From the IMG/VR virus record IMGVR_UViG_3300043410_001471, positions 181,437 to 245,436 of that record: a stretch of DNA of 64,000 bases, one strand, 5' to 3'. Positions 10,847 to 21,277 of this stretch are shown here, piece after piece; the first letter of the stretch is position 1; every line of letters starts with the position of its first letter. The translations under genes and the position numbers were made by a program. Below the pieces are notes generated by a model. That model was not told the origin of the DNA and did not search any database. It saw nothing but the letters and a program-made list of their open reading frames with translations.

Positions 10847-11298
10847 TGGCAGGAAAATCATTATTTGACCATATTAAAGCAATTACAAACGAACAAGACC
10901 CGAAGTACTTTGAAAAATTATCCGATGAAGATAAGAAATCTTGGAGTAACTTTATGATTAATCGTTTTCTTTCAATGAATCCTGAATGGGTAGAATTGAT
11001 TGCAACAATACTACCTTTGACTCAAACACTTGAACCAAAGGATATGTATAAATTGTATATCAACGCTATTCCAAAAGGTAGATACTTTTTAAAATATATG
11101 AAAGGCAAATCTGCCGAAAAGTATGAAGATTTTATAATAGAATTGATTAAAAAGGAATACGATTGTTCAGAATCCCAAGCTATTGAATATTTGGATATAT
11201 TATATTCTAATAGAGAGGGTAGAGAAAATATAAAGTACATTTGTGAAAAATATGGTACTGATAAAAAGCAAATTACAAAATTAAAATTAAAAATATAA
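10846..11298 (+). CDS. Clamp loader small subunit (gp62-like)
   Basis: FMINRFLSM motif; position after the RFC gene. Confidence 0.7.
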   Translation: MAGKSLFDHIKAITNEQDPKYFEKLSDEDKKSWSNFMINRFLSMNPEWVELIATILPLTQTLEPKDMYKLYINAIPKGRYFLKYMKGKSAEKYEDFIIELIKKEYDCSESQAIEYLDILYSNREGRENIKYICEKYGTDKKQITKLKLKI

Positions 11299-12533
11299 TG
11301 AATAAGAGTTTTTGTATATTACCCTTTATACATTTGAATGGTTATATGGATGGGACAGCAAAACCATGCTGCGATTCGCAAAAAGCATTTACTGATATCG
11401 ATTTAAAGGGAACATCAATCGAAGAAGCATTTAATTCAGAAGAATATAAAAAACTTCGATTGGATATGGTAAACGATGTACAAAACGAATATTGTAGTGC
11501 TTGTTATGATTTGGAAAAGCAAGATATAAAATCATCTAGAATTAGATGGAATGAACATCATGCATCGAGATTAAATGATATTGACAAGAAATATGTAAAT
11601 AACGATAAATTTGATGGTACAGTAGCTACGGAATTTGTATCATTGGATTTAAGACCTTCTAATATATGTAATTTTAAATGTAGAACTTGCAACGATTCAT
11701 ATTCAACTAAATGGCAAGAAGAGAAAGAAGATTTCTATAAAACAAATATGGGAGTTCTTGCATTCGGTGAAGAAAAAGTCGAATCATTAAATAAAGTGGA
11801 TTTCAAATTAAATGAGGAATCTATGAAAAATATAGAAGTATTGTATTTTGCAGGAGGTGAACCATTTGTATTGGAAGAGCATTTTAAATTATTAGATTCT
11901 TTGAAAAACAAAAAAGATATTTCTTTAATGTACAATACGAATTTTAGTATTTTAAAATATAAAGGAAAAACTATATTTGAATATTTGAAAGATTTCAGAA
12001 AAGTACACTTTTCAATATCAATCGATGGGTTGGGCGAAATTGGAGAATATGTAAGGACTGGGTTCGATACGAAAGTTTTTAAAAAGAATATGATGGTGTT
12101 GAAATGGGCTATGACTCAATATAAAAATATTACATATGACTTTCAATATACATGCTCATTATTAAATGCATATGATTTTTTTGATTTTATAGAGGAATTG
12201 GATGAATCACACGAATTGATTAATTTTCATTATGTTCGTTTTCCTTGGTGGTATAACCCTGTAAATTTTGATGAACATAGAACAAAATTGATAACATTAT
12301 ATACAGATAAATTAAATACAATTAAGTCTCAAAAATTAAAAGAGTATTTAGAAAAGTATATAAACTATCTGAAAAGTGCCAAAGTTACGAGTTGGGATAG
12401 AGTTAATTCTAAAAAATATTTGATAGCACATACTACACATGGTATGATATTTAATGATACATTTTTACCTGAAAAACTTTCATTTATAGATGATATTATT
12501 AACGAAGATACTCGAAAAAATCCAATCATTTAA
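11298..12533 (+). CDS. Radical SAM protein with N-terminal SPASM/twitch-like Cys motifs
   Basis: CNFKCRTC (CxxxCxxC), FCILPF..PCC, CSAC, FAGGEP. Confidence 0.88.
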   Translation: MNKSFCILPFIHLNGYMDGTAKPCCDSQKAFTDIDLKGTSIEEAFNSEEYKKLRLDMVNDVQNEYCSACYDLEKQDIKSSRIRWNEHHASRLNDIDKKYVNNDKFDGTVATEFVSLDLRPSNICNFKCRTCNDSYSTKWQEEKEDFYKTNMGVLAFGEEKVESLNKVDFKLNEESMKNIEVLYFAGGEPFVLEEHFKLLDSLKNKKDISLMYNTNFSILKYKGKTIFEYLKDFRKVHFSISIDGLGEIGEYVRTGFDTKVFKKNMMVLKWAMTQYKNITYDFQYTCSLLNAYDFFDFIEELDESHELINFHYVRFPWWYNPVNFDEHRTKLITLYTDKLNTIKSQKLKEYLEKYINYLKSAKVTSWDRVNSKKYLIAHTTHGMIFNDTFLPEKLSFIDDIINEDTRKNPII

Positions 12534-12582
12534 TTTGGAAAAATGAAATAAATTGTTTATATTTGTACTATAAACAAATAAT

Positions 12583-13446
12583 ATGGCAAGAGTTTCATTT
12601 TCCCAATATAGTATGTGGAGTAGTTGTCCACAACAATATAAATTAAGTTATATTGATAAGTTATCCGAATCAACTTCAAATATACATTCAGTATTTGGTT
12701 CGGCAATGCATGAAACACTACAAGAATACTTAGATAAATGCCTTCGTATTTCGAAATCGCAGGCCGATAAGATGATGAATCTTAAAGATATGTTGAAAGT
12801 AAAAATGAAAGACATTTATCTAAAGGAATTCGAAGAATATCAAAAACATATTTCAACAAAAGAAGAAATGGTAGAATTTTTGGAAGATGGTAATCTTATT
12901 TTGGATTACTTTCAAAAGCCAAAAAACTTCAACAATTTCTTTTCCCTAAAAGATGATGAGTTAGTTGCTATTGAACAACCAATCAATACTAAGATTGCAG
13001 AAAATGTAAACTTCTTAGGATTTATTGACTTTATCGTTAGAAACAAAAAAACAGGTAGATATCGTATTACCGATTTCAAAACATCTACTAAAGGTTGGAG
13101 TAAATATCAAAAATCAGACCCGGTTAAAAATTCACAAATACTTTTGTATAAGAAATTCTATGCTGAAATGTTAAACATATCACAAGATATGATTGAGGTA
13201 GAATTTATTATCTTAAAAAGAAAAGTAGCAGAGGTAGAAGATTATACAATCCCTCGTATCAGTAAGCATGTGCCAGCAAGTGGTAAACCATCCGTTAATA
13301 AAGCATGGAATGGATTCCTATCGTTTGTAGAATCCGTATTTGATGAAGCTGGTAATTATAGAATGGATATCGAATACCCAAAGAAGCCATCAAAATTATG
13401 TGATTGGTGTGAATTTAAACAAAGAGGAATTTGTGATGGAAAATAA
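12583..13446 (+). CDS. PD-(D/E)XK nuclease (RecB/Cas4-like exonuclease)
   Basis: SFSQY..WSSCP, GFIDF, DFKT, QILLY, C-terminal CDWC..C. Confidence 0.88.
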   Translation: MARVSFSQYSMWSSCPQQYKLSYIDKLSESTSNIHSVFGSAMHETLQEYLDKCLRISKSQADKMMNLKDMLKVKMKDIYLKEFEEYQKHISTKEEMVEFLEDGNLILDYFQKPKNFNNFFSLKDDELVAIEQPINTKIAENVNFLGFIDFIVRNKKTGRYRITDFKTSTKGWSKYQKSDPVKNSQILLYKKFYAEMLNISQDMIEVEFIILKRKVAEVEDYTIPRISKHVPASGKPSVNKAWNGFLSFVESVFDEAGNYRMDIEYPKKPSKLCDWCEFKQRGICDGK

Positions 13447-13487
13447 TTTTATCTATATATATGTATATATATAAATACAAATTAACT

Positions 13488-13685
13488 ATGGCAGATTTAA
13501 AATTAACAACTGTTAAGGTTATACAAAAGTTATACGATGAAGATTTTAAGATAGCCGCAATTCAAGGTGGTATCAATTTCCAAAAACTCGTTAATAGAAG
13601 TTTAGACCTTTACACTAAAAATGAACAATTTAGAAAACAATTAAACGAATACACTACACTACAAATGAGTGGTTCACAATTTTAA
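13488..13685 (+). CDS. Small protein, possible ribbon-helix-helix DNA binder
   Basis: beta-alpha-alpha-like pattern (LTTVKV..LYDEDFK..FQKLVNRSLDLY); ATG 13488 preferred. Confidence 0.55.
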   Translation: MADLKLTTVKVIQKLYDEDFKIAAIQGGINFQKLVNRSLDLYTKNEQFRKQLNEYTTLQMSGSQF

Positions 13686-13699
13686 GAAAGAAAAAAGTT

Positions 13700-15082
13700 A
13701 TGGCAAAGAAGAAGATTCTGTTACTATCGGATGACTTACGAATGGCTAGTGGTATAGCCAATGTTTCCAAACAATTAGTATTAGGTACAGTTGATAAATA
13801 TGATTGGGTACAATTGGGAGCAGCAATTAAACATCCTGAAGCTGGAAAAGTTTTGGATTTAAATGAAAGTGTTAGAGAACAAACCGGTGTAAAGGATGCT
13901 GAAGTAAAAATCTATCCATTTGATGGATATGGTAATGCTGATGTGATTAGACAATTGTTGATGGTTGAAAAGCCAGATGCAATCTTACACTTTACTGACC
14001 CGAGATATTGGATTTGGTTATATGAAATGGAGCACGAAGTTCGTCAATCAGTACCTTTATTCTTTTATCATATTTGGGATGATTTGCCAGACCCAAAATA
14101 TAATAGAGATTATTACGAAAGTTGCGATTGGATTGGAACTATTTCAAAACAAACTTATGGTATTACTAAAAGAGTTTGGGGATGGGATAGAGAAAAACAT
14201 TGGACTAAGCCGGAAGATTGGCAAGTAAGTTATGTACCACATGGTATTAATTCGGATTTGTATAAGCCGGTAGATGTACCTGCTGATTTTAAGAAAAGTA
14301 TATTTGGTGATAAAGAATACGAATTTGTTCTTTATTGGTCAAATCGTAACATCAGAAGAAAACAACCTTTAGATGTAATATTTGCATTTGATAAATTTGT
14401 TCAAGCTTTGCCAGAAGAAAAAAGAGATAAAGTTTGTTTACTAATGCATACTGAACCAGTACAAGAGCATGGAACGGATTTACCACGTAGTATTGAAGAA
14501 TGTTGCTCATCTGAAACAAATGTAATATTTGCACCAAACAAATATTCTGAAATAGAATTAAATTATTTTTACAATATTGCAGATGTAACAATTAACATAG
14601 CATCTAATGAAGGATTTGGATTAGCAACCGCAGAATCAGTAATGGCTGGAACACCGATTATTGTAAATGTAACAGGTGGGTTGCAAGACCAATGTGGATT
14701 CAGAGATAAAGGTACGGGTAAATTATTAACGGCTGAAGATTATGTTGAGATTGGTTCTTTGCATGATAGACATAAGAAAGCAGGTGTAGTTTGGGGAGAT
14801 TGGGTTAAACCAATTTGGCCAGTTCGTTCAACAACAGGTTCAGTTCCTACACCATATATCTTTGATGATAGAGTTGATTTTGAAGATGTAGCTCCTTTAA
14901 TTATGGATTGGTATATGACTCCAAAAGAAGATAGAAAATCCATTGGATTAAAAGGTAGAAAGCATTTCTTAGGTGAAGGTAAATTAAGTAAAGAGGCAAT
15001 GTGTGATGCATTAGTTGAGGGAATGGAAGGCGCATTCGCAAATTGGAAACCAAAACAAAAATTTAAGTTAATAGAGTTATAG
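13700..15082 (+). CDS. GT4 glycosyltransferase
   Basis: KILLLSDD..SGIA, NEGFGLATAESVMAGTP. Confidence 0.9.
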   Translation: MAKKKILLLSDDLRMASGIANVSKQLVLGTVDKYDWVQLGAAIKHPEAGKVLDLNESVREQTGVKDAEVKIYPFDGYGNADVIRQLLMVEKPDAILHFTDPRYWIWLYEMEHEVRQSVPLFFYHIWDDLPDPKYNRDYYESCDWIGTISKQTYGITKRVWGWDREKHWTKPEDWQVSYVPHGINSDLYKPVDVPADFKKSIFGDKEYEFVLYWSNRNIRRKQPLDVIFAFDKFVQALPEEKRDKVCLLMHTEPVQEHGTDLPRSIEECCSSETNVIFAPNKYSEIELNYFYNIADVTINIASNEGFGLATAESVMAGTPIIVNVTGGLQDQCGFRDKGTGKLLTAEDYVEIGSLHDRHKKAGVVWGDWVKPIWPVRSTTGSVPTPYIFDDRVDFEDVAPLIMDWYMTPKEDRKSIGLKGRKHFLGEGKLSKEAMCDALVEGMEGAFANWKPKQKFKLIEL

Positions 15083-15083
15083 T

Positions 15084-16349
15084 ATGAAACCAACATTAGT
15101 ATTTCAAGCACCAGTAGCAACAAGAAGTGGATATGGTGACCACGCGAGAGATTTGTTGCATTCACTTTATAAATTGGATAAGTTTAATATCAAAGTAATC
15201 AGTACTCGTTGGGGACAAACTCCAATGGATGCACTGAATTATGATAACGAATTTCATAAGTGGATTATAGAAAATATAACTCCACAAATTACAGAAAAGC
15301 CAGATATCTACATTCAAGTTACAGTTCCAAATGAATTTCAACCATTAGGATTTTATAATATTGGAATTACTGCCGCAATCGAAACCACACATTGTGCATT
15401 AGATTGGGTACATGGTTGTAATAGAATGGATTTAATCATAGTTCCATCCGAACATTCTAAAGATAGTTTAGTTAAAACTATTTACAATGAACAAGATAAA
15501 AGAACAGGTCAACTGATAGGACAGCATAAAATTACAAAACCAGTTGAAGTTTTATTTGAAGGATTTAATGAAAATTTTGGAAGTGATGAAGTTGCATATG
15601 TAGAACAATTAGACCAAATCAAAGAAGATTTTGCTTTCTTATTCGTAGGACATTGGTTGAGAGGAGATTTAGGAGAAGATAGAAAGAATGTAGGTATGAT
15701 GATTAAAACATTTGCAACTGCATTTAAAAAAGAAAATGTGAAGCCGGCATTGGTATTAAAAACATCTTCGGCCGGATTTAGTATAATTGATAGGGAAAAT
15801 ACAATTAAAAAAATTAGAGAGGTATTGGGTAAAGATTATAAATCAGTACCAATTTATCTTTTACATGGTGATTTAACGGAAGTTGAAATGAATGGATTAT
15901 ATGAACATCCAAAAGTGAAGGCTATGTTAAATTTCACAAAAGGTGAAGGATTTGGTAGACCCCTATTAGAATTCAGTTTGACGGGTAAACCTGTAATAGT
16001 ATCTAATTGGAGTGGGCATCTGGATTTCTTAAAAGAAGGCGCAGTATTGTTGGAAGGTGAATTGAAAAATGTACACGAATCAGCGGCTGACCAATTCTTA
16101 TTAAAAGAATCACAATGGTTTAATGTAAATGTTTCAAAAGCATTGCCTGTAATCAAAGATGTTTATAAAAATTATGATAAATACAAAGTAGCATCATCTA
16201 AATTGGGTAAGCAAAATAAACAAAATTTTAGTTTATCAAAAATGACCGAATTGTTTGATGGTATTTTAAATCAGTATGGTATTTATACTAAGATACAACC
16301 AAAGTTTCAACAACTTCAGTTACCTAAATTGAAAATGTTAAATAAATAA
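15084..16349 (+). CDS. GT4 glycosyltransferase
   Basis: SGYG, GEGFGRPLLEFSLTGKP. Confidence 0.9.
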   Translation: MKPTLVFQAPVATRSGYGDHARDLLHSLYKLDKFNIKVISTRWGQTPMDALNYDNEFHKWIIENITPQITEKPDIYIQVTVPNEFQPLGFYNIGITAAIETTHCALDWVHGCNRMDLIIVPSEHSKDSLVKTIYNEQDKRTGQLIGQHKITKPVEVLFEGFNENFGSDEVAYVEQLDQIKEDFAFLFVGHWLRGDLGEDRKNVGMMIKTFATAFKKENVKPALVLKTSSAGFSIIDRENTIKKIREVLGKDYKSVPIYLLHGDLTEVEMNGLYEHPKVKAMLNFTKGEGFGRPLLEFSLTGKPVIVSNWSGHLDFLKEGAVLLEGELKNVHESAADQFLLKESQWFNVNVSKALPVIKDVYKNYDKYKVASSKLGKQNKQNFSLSKMTELFDGILNQYGIYTKIQPKFQQLQLPKLKMLNK

Positions 16350-16822
16350 TGCCAGTATACAATCCAATATATCGTAGATTCATAGATGATAGGAATATAG
16401 TAATGCCAAATAGAATGGTACGAAATAGTTTTTATTTAATAAAAGAATACGAATATGTAGATGGCACTAAAGGTAAATATAGTGAAGCAAACGCTCCCAT
16501 TATATTTACCTTATTTGTATCTCAATCGAAAGATATAGTACATGCAATAAAAGTATCAAATGTTAGACCTGATTTAATTCAGAAATTTTTTGGTAAGTTT
16601 GCTAATACTGAAACTGAAGAATTAGAAATGAAAGGAGGAGCTAAAGCCTTTTATGAAAAGGTTGTTTCGAAAGTTCCTATAATTACAAACGATTCATATA
16701 GAACTTATAAATTGAGTGGATTTGGTAGAGTTTTTAATTTGGATATGGATGTGAATAAATTGACACCATCGAATAAAACGATAACTGGAATAAATTCAAA
16801 ATCTCAAATAAAGAATAGATAA
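16349..16822 (+). CDS. Hypothetical protein
   Basis: Translationally coupled ORF; no motif. Confidence 0.8.
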   Translation: MPVYNPIYRRFIDDRNIVMPNRMVRNSFYLIKEYEYVDGTKGKYSEANAPIIFTLFVSQSKDIVHAIKVSNVRPDLIQKFFGKFANTETEELEMKGGAKAFYEKVVSKVPIITNDSYRTYKLSGFGRVFNLDMDVNKLTPSNKTITGINSKSQIKNR

Positions 16823-16824
16823 TT

Positions 16825-17235
16825 ATGACATCAAAAGAATATGTTATTTGGCTTAAAGGTTTTGTAGAAGCCTGTCACGAATACGCACCAACTCCAAAAC
16901 AATGGGATGCGTTAAAAGATAAATTAGAAGAAGTTAAAGATGATACAACATCATCGCCTTTTCCGTTTGGAGTTCCTAATACGGCACCGATTGTAACATT
17001 ACCATATATTACACCGGGTCCATCAACAGACCCATATAATCCATATAAAATAACTTGTAGTAGTGGTTCATTTGGAACAATTACAACAACACCTGGAACG
17101 GGATATATTACAACATATAATCCTGTACAATTTGGTAGTGGTTCAATATATAATGTATCAACATCAATGACACGATTTCCAATATCAGGTAGTAGTGTAA
17201 GTTACACAAATGGTGGAAACGATATAAAAGATTAA
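16825..17235 (+). CDS. Hypothetical protein with Pro/Thr/Ser-rich C-terminus
   Basis: ORF in operon; low-complexity tail. Confidence 0.75.
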   Translation: MTSKEYVIWLKGFVEACHEYAPTPKQWDALKDKLEEVKDDTTSSPFPFGVPNTAPIVTLPYITPGPSTDPYNPYKITCSSGSFGTITTTPGTGYITTYNPVQFGSGSIYNVSTSMTRFPISGSSVSYTNGGNDIKD

Positions 17236-17236
17236 A

Positions 17237-18100
17237 ATGAAAAAAGTATTAGTTACGGGTGGCGCAGGTTTTGTTGGATATGCGCTTACATTAGAATTAC
17301 TTAAAAGAAAGTATGAAGTTCATGTGATAGATAATCTTTCTATCGGAAATGAAGCAAGAGTATCTCCATATGTAAAGTTTTTGGGTGGAGATATTAGAGC
17401 AATGGATAATATCAAAAATACACCATATGATTACATTTTTCATTTAGCAGCATTAAGTAGAATACAACCATCGTTTCAAAATCCAACACTAACATTTTCA
17501 GTAAATGTGGATGGCACTAAGCAAGTTGTAGAATATGCATATCATACTAAATCAAAATTAATATATGCAGGTTCATCATCTCGTCATCACAATCCAATGT
17601 TATCACCATATGCTATGAGTAAACATATGGGAGAAGAGTGGATAAAGATGTTTAAAGGGGTATATGGGTTGAATGCGGAGATAGTTAGGTTTTATAATGT
17701 GTATGGACCTGGAGAGTTAGTAGATTCTCATATGGCGGCTGTAATTGGGTTATGGAGAGCAGCTGTAAAAAATGGTACTCCTATTTTAATTCACGGAGAT
17801 GGTAAGCAAAGAAGAGACTTTACTCACATTGATGATATTGTAGATGGTTTAATTCGAATAGCTGAAAGTGATGAAAAGCATGAAGATGCTTGGGAATTGG
17901 GTACAGGCCATAATTACTCTTTAAATGAAGTAGCCAGTTGGTTTGCACCACATCCAATCAGATATGTGGATGATGTTAAAGGGAATTATAGGGAAACCAT
18001 TAGAATTAATGATGATGCCTTAAATAGATTGGGATGGCAACCAAAAGACCAATTAAAAGAATATTTAAATGAAATTAAGTTACGCAATAACGGCTTGTAA
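17237..18100 (+). CDS. NAD-dependent nucleotide-sugar epimerase/dehydratase (extended SDR)
   Basis: TGGAGFVG, YAMSK (YxxxK), RFYNVYGP, RDFTHIDD. Confidence 0.93.
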   Translation: MKKVLVTGGAGFVGYALTLELLKRKYEVHVIDNLSIGNEARVSPYVKFLGGDIRAMDNIKNTPYDYIFHLAALSRIQPSFQNPTLTFSVNVDGTKQVVEYAYHTKSKLIYAGSSSRHHNPMLSPYAMSKHMGEEWIKMFKGVYGLNAEIVRFYNVYGPGELVDSHMAAVIGLWRAAVKNGTPILIHGDGKQRRDFTHIDDIVDGLIRIAESDEKHEDAWELGTGHNYSLNEVASWFAPHPIRYVDDVKGNYRETIRINDDALNRLGWQPKDQLKEYLNEIKLRNNGL

Positions 18101-18692
18101 TGAAGTCGAAGAAACCATTAGATTGGTTAATCAGTTATTAAACTACAAAGAAGAAAATTCAGAAATCGTAGTTCTCTTAGATACTCCAAAAGCACCTACT
18201 GAATTAGTAGAGTATTTGGAATTACAAGCAAACGCAGACCATATTAATCTTATTGAATCTGAATTTGATAATGATTTCGCACAATGGAAAAACTTATTAA
18301 ACTCACAATGTAAAGGTGAGTGGATTTTTCAATTGGATGCGGATGAATATCTTACACCCGATTTGATTGTCAATATGGAAGCTCTATTGGAAGCAAATAC
18401 CGATAAAGACCTTATCTTAGTTCCACGCATCAATACTGTTGAAGGATTGACTGAAGCACATATTCAAAAATGGAGATGGAATGTAAACGAAAAGGGATGG
18501 GTAAACTTTCCCGATGTTCAAACTCGTATCTACAAAAACTCTGATAAAATTGGTTGGAGTGGTAATGTACATGAGAGAATTGTTGGGTTTGAATCATATA
18601 CAAATTTTCCTATGGATGAAATATATTGTATTAAACATCCAAAAACTATCGAAAGACAAGAACGCCAAAATAATTACTACGATACTTTATAA
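18069..18692 (+). CDS. GT2 (GT-A) glycosyltransferase
   Basis: LSYAITACNE, WIFQLDADE, W.G.VHE. Confidence 0.88.
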   Translation: MKLSYAITACNEVEETIRLVNQLLNYKEENSEIVVLLDTPKAPTELVEYLELQANADHINLIESEFDNDFAQWKNLLNSQCKGEWIFQLDADEYLTPDLIVNMEALLEANTDKDLILVPRINTVEGLTEAHIQKWRWNVNEKGWVNFPDVQTRIYKNSDKIGWSGNVHERIVGFESYTNFPMDEIYCIKHPKTIERQERQNNYYDTL

Positions 18693-19324
18693 TGATACAC
18701 ATATATTATCACATATATGCAATCGATGGCGTTGAAGCTATTATAGATGAGCAACTAAATCTAATTAAAAAGCATTTTGATTTCCCATATAAATTAAATA
18801 TTGGTATTTCAATAGCCGATGAAAATAAATCCATTACAAATATACTGAATAAAATTGATATAACATTGGTGAGAGATATTCGAGCTATGGGACATGAGTT
18901 TACTACATTGGATTTATTGGAAAAAGATAAAGAAAAATTTGGAGATTCCGATTATATTTTGTATCTTCACACTAAAGGAGCATCTAAACAAAATGATGAA
19001 AAATATCAGAATATAAAGACATGGCGACATGTTATGAATTATTTTAATATTGAAAAAGTAAATGATGTATTTAAATTATTTGAAAGAAGTTCGTTTAATA
19101 CATATGGAATACTTTTTTATGGATTTTTTTATTCTGGTAATTTTTGGTGGATGAAAGGTGATTATGCTAGAACTATTAATACAACTGGTATGAAGAAAAA
19201 TAGATTTAATGCAGAAATCAAATTTATCCAATCGGGAGAAAATTGGAAGCCATATTCTCCATATGATGTTGAACCGCAAGATAATTATTCTATAAATTTT
19301 AAAAGAGAAGATTATGCAAAATAA
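18692..19324 (+). CDS. Glycosyltransferase-like hypothetical protein
   Basis: YLHTKG and YSGNFWW motifs; located in GT cluster. Confidence 0.5.
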   Translation: MIHIYYHIYAIDGVEAIIDEQLNLIKKHFDFPYKLNIGISIADENKSITNILNKIDITLVRDIRAMGHEFTTLDLLEKDKEKFGDSDYILYLHTKGASKQNDEKYQNIKTWRHVMNYFNIEKVNDVFKLFERSSFNTYGILFYGFFYSGNFWWMKGDYARTINTTGMKKNRFNAEIKFIQSGENWKPYSPYDVEPQDNYSINFKREDYAK

Positions 19325-20183
19325 AATAACATTCATTTTTGATTACAAAGGAGAGGAATGGTGTATGCCATTGGCAATTCTTAATGAATTTAAAGAAAGA
19401 GGATGGGAAACCAATATAGTTTCTATTGCAAATGGTGATGGGTTATTGAAAGAATTTGTAGAAGGACCAGAAGAACCCAATATTGTTATGTTTTTAGATT
19501 GGGGTAGATTTGATTCACCATATTTGGATAAAAATTTAAAACCATCGGCTTGTTGGATACAAGAGAGTGGTGATGACCCACAAAACTTCGAAAGAAATTA
19601 TCCTAAAGCAAATAGATTTCACTACACAATTACTCCTGATAAAATATCAGCAGTAGAATATAGAGAAAGAGGTATAAACGCAGAATGGGTAAATCACTTT
19701 GCAGATACCAAAGTTCAATTTCCAATGAATTTAGAACCAAAATATGTTGCAGTAACGAGTAGAGGTAGGGGTGGTTCTCAATTTTTAGATTATCTTACAA
19801 ATTGGGCAGAAGGTGCGATTGGAAATCAAAATGGAATGGGACCAAAAGAACATACGGAATTTTTGAATAGTGGATTAATGGTTATTCAAAATAGTAGATG
19901 GGGGGAAATCACTCGTAGAATATTCGAAGGTATGGCTTGTGGTAAAATGGTATTAACTGATAGATTAGATGTAATTAGAGGATTGGAAGAGTTGTTCGTA
20001 GATGGTGAAGATATCGTATTATATAATGATATGTTTGATTGTATAGAGAAAATGAACTATTACAATGAAAATGAAGAGGAGAGGGAGAGAATTGCACATA
20101 ATGGTATGATGAAAGTATTGCACAATTATACACAAATACAAATAGTAGATAAATTAATATCAATGTATGAAGGAAGTAGGTAG
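19314..20183 (+). CDS. CgeB-like (Glyco_trans_1_2) glycosyltransferase
   Basis: RRIFEGMACG.MVLTD, F.DGEDIVLY. Confidence 0.8.
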   Translation: MQNKITFIFDYKGEEWCMPLAILNEFKERGWETNIVSIANGDGLLKEFVEGPEEPNIVMFLDWGRFDSPYLDKNLKPSACWIQESGDDPQNFERNYPKANRFHYTITPDKISAVEYRERGINAEWVNHFADTKVQFPMNLEPKYVAVTSRGRGGSQFLDYLTNWAEGAIGNQNGMGPKEHTEFLNSGLMVIQNSRWGEITRRIFEGMACGKMVLTDRLDVIRGLEELFVDGEDIVLYNDMFDCIEKMNYYNENEEERERIAHNGMMKVLHNYTQIQIVDKLISMYEGSR

Positions 20184-20706
20184 TAACACATACGGACATA
20201 ACGACATAAAAATAATACATGGAGGCGAAGGAAAAACACTTCGTATTGGTAAATTTTGCTCAATCGCCGAAGGAGTGGTTGTTTTCTTAGGAGCAAATCA
20301 TAGAATGGATTGGATTACAACATATCCTTTTGGGCATATAAGAGAAAGTGAATTTCCAAAAGTAAAAAAAGACCACGGACACCCATCTACAAAAGGAGAT
20401 GTAACCATTGGCAATGATGTGTGGATTGCAACAAATGCAGTTATTATGAGTGGTCTTAGAATTGGAGATGGAGCAGTAATCGGTGCATATAGTGTAGTTA
20501 CCAAAGATGTACCACCATATACAATCGTAGCTGGAAATCCTGCCAAACAAATTAGAAAAAGATTTAGTGATGAAGTTATTGATAAACTTTTAGAAATGAA
20601 ATGGTGGGATATGCCAGAAAAACAAATAAATGAAATTTCAGATATACTATGTTCAAATAATATAGATAAATTAATAGAAGCATATGAATCGTACAGACAT
20701 AATTAA
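20167..20706 (+). CDS. Hexapeptide-repeat O-acetyltransferase (CatB/Vat-like)
   Basis: IGKFCSIA, IGNDVWI, IGDGAVIGA, VAGNPAK. Confidence 0.92.
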   Translation: MKEVGSNTYGHNDIKIIHGGEGKTLRIGKFCSIAEGVVVFLGANHRMDWITTYPFGHIRESEFPKVKKDHGHPSTKGDVTIGNDVWIATNAVIMSGLRIGDGAVIGAYSVVTKDVPPYTIVAGNPAKQIRKRFSDEVIDKLLEMKWWDMPEKQINEISDILCSNNIDKLIEAYESYRHN

Positions 20707-21277
20707 TATGTTAATTAAAAAATACGAATATAAATCGTATTTAGAAGTTGGAACTCAAGACCCTACATCGAATTTTGATAAAATAGAAGTAGAAAACAAA
20801 GTTTCAATTGACCCATTTCCGAGAGGACGGGTTACATTTGTTGGAACATCGGATGAATATTTTGAATCAATAACCGATGATGTAAAATATGATATCATAT
20901 TCATAGATGGATTACATCATTCAGACCAAGTTCTAAAAGATATCGAAAATTCATTAAACCATTTATCGGAAAACGGAACTATCGTTTGTCACGATTGTTT
21001 ACCTACCACCGAAAAGATGCAAGAACGAGATGACCATGGTGGCGAATGGACTGGAGATGTTTGGAAGGCAATCGCAGAATTGAGGGTTGAGAGTATTGAT
21101 TTAGATATCAGAGTAGTTAATACGGATTATGGATGTGGAATTATTCGTAGAGGTACAAATATACCATATGAAACAACGGATAATTATAAATCATATTATC
21201 ATTATTCTATGAATAAAGGAAGAATGTTAAATGTTATTTCACCAGAACAATTTATACAATGGATAAATATAGTGTAA
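20684..21277 (+). CDS. Class I SAM-dependent methyltransferase (Methyltransf_24-like)
   Basis: YLEVG, DIIFIDGLH, IVCHD. Confidence 0.85.
   Translation: MNRTDIINMLIKKYEYKSYLEVGTQDPTSNFDKIEVENKVSIDPFPRGRVTFVGTSDEYFESITDDVKYDIIFIDGLHHSDQVLKDIENSLNHLSENGTIVCHDCLPTTEKMQERDDHGGEWTGDVWKAIAELRVESIDLDIRVVNTDYGCGIIRRGTNIPYETTDNYKSYYHYSMNKGRMLNVISPEQFIQWINIV

Noticed and set aside
12583-13446. Cas4-like nuclease as evidence of CRISPR-Cas
   Set aside because: No cas1/cas2 or array in the window; stand-alone PD-(D/E)XK nucleases are common in phage replication modules
20167-20706. CatB/Vat antibiotic-resistance gene
   Set aside because: Hexapeptide acetyltransferase embedded in a glycan operon; sugar O/N-acetylation is the simpler reading
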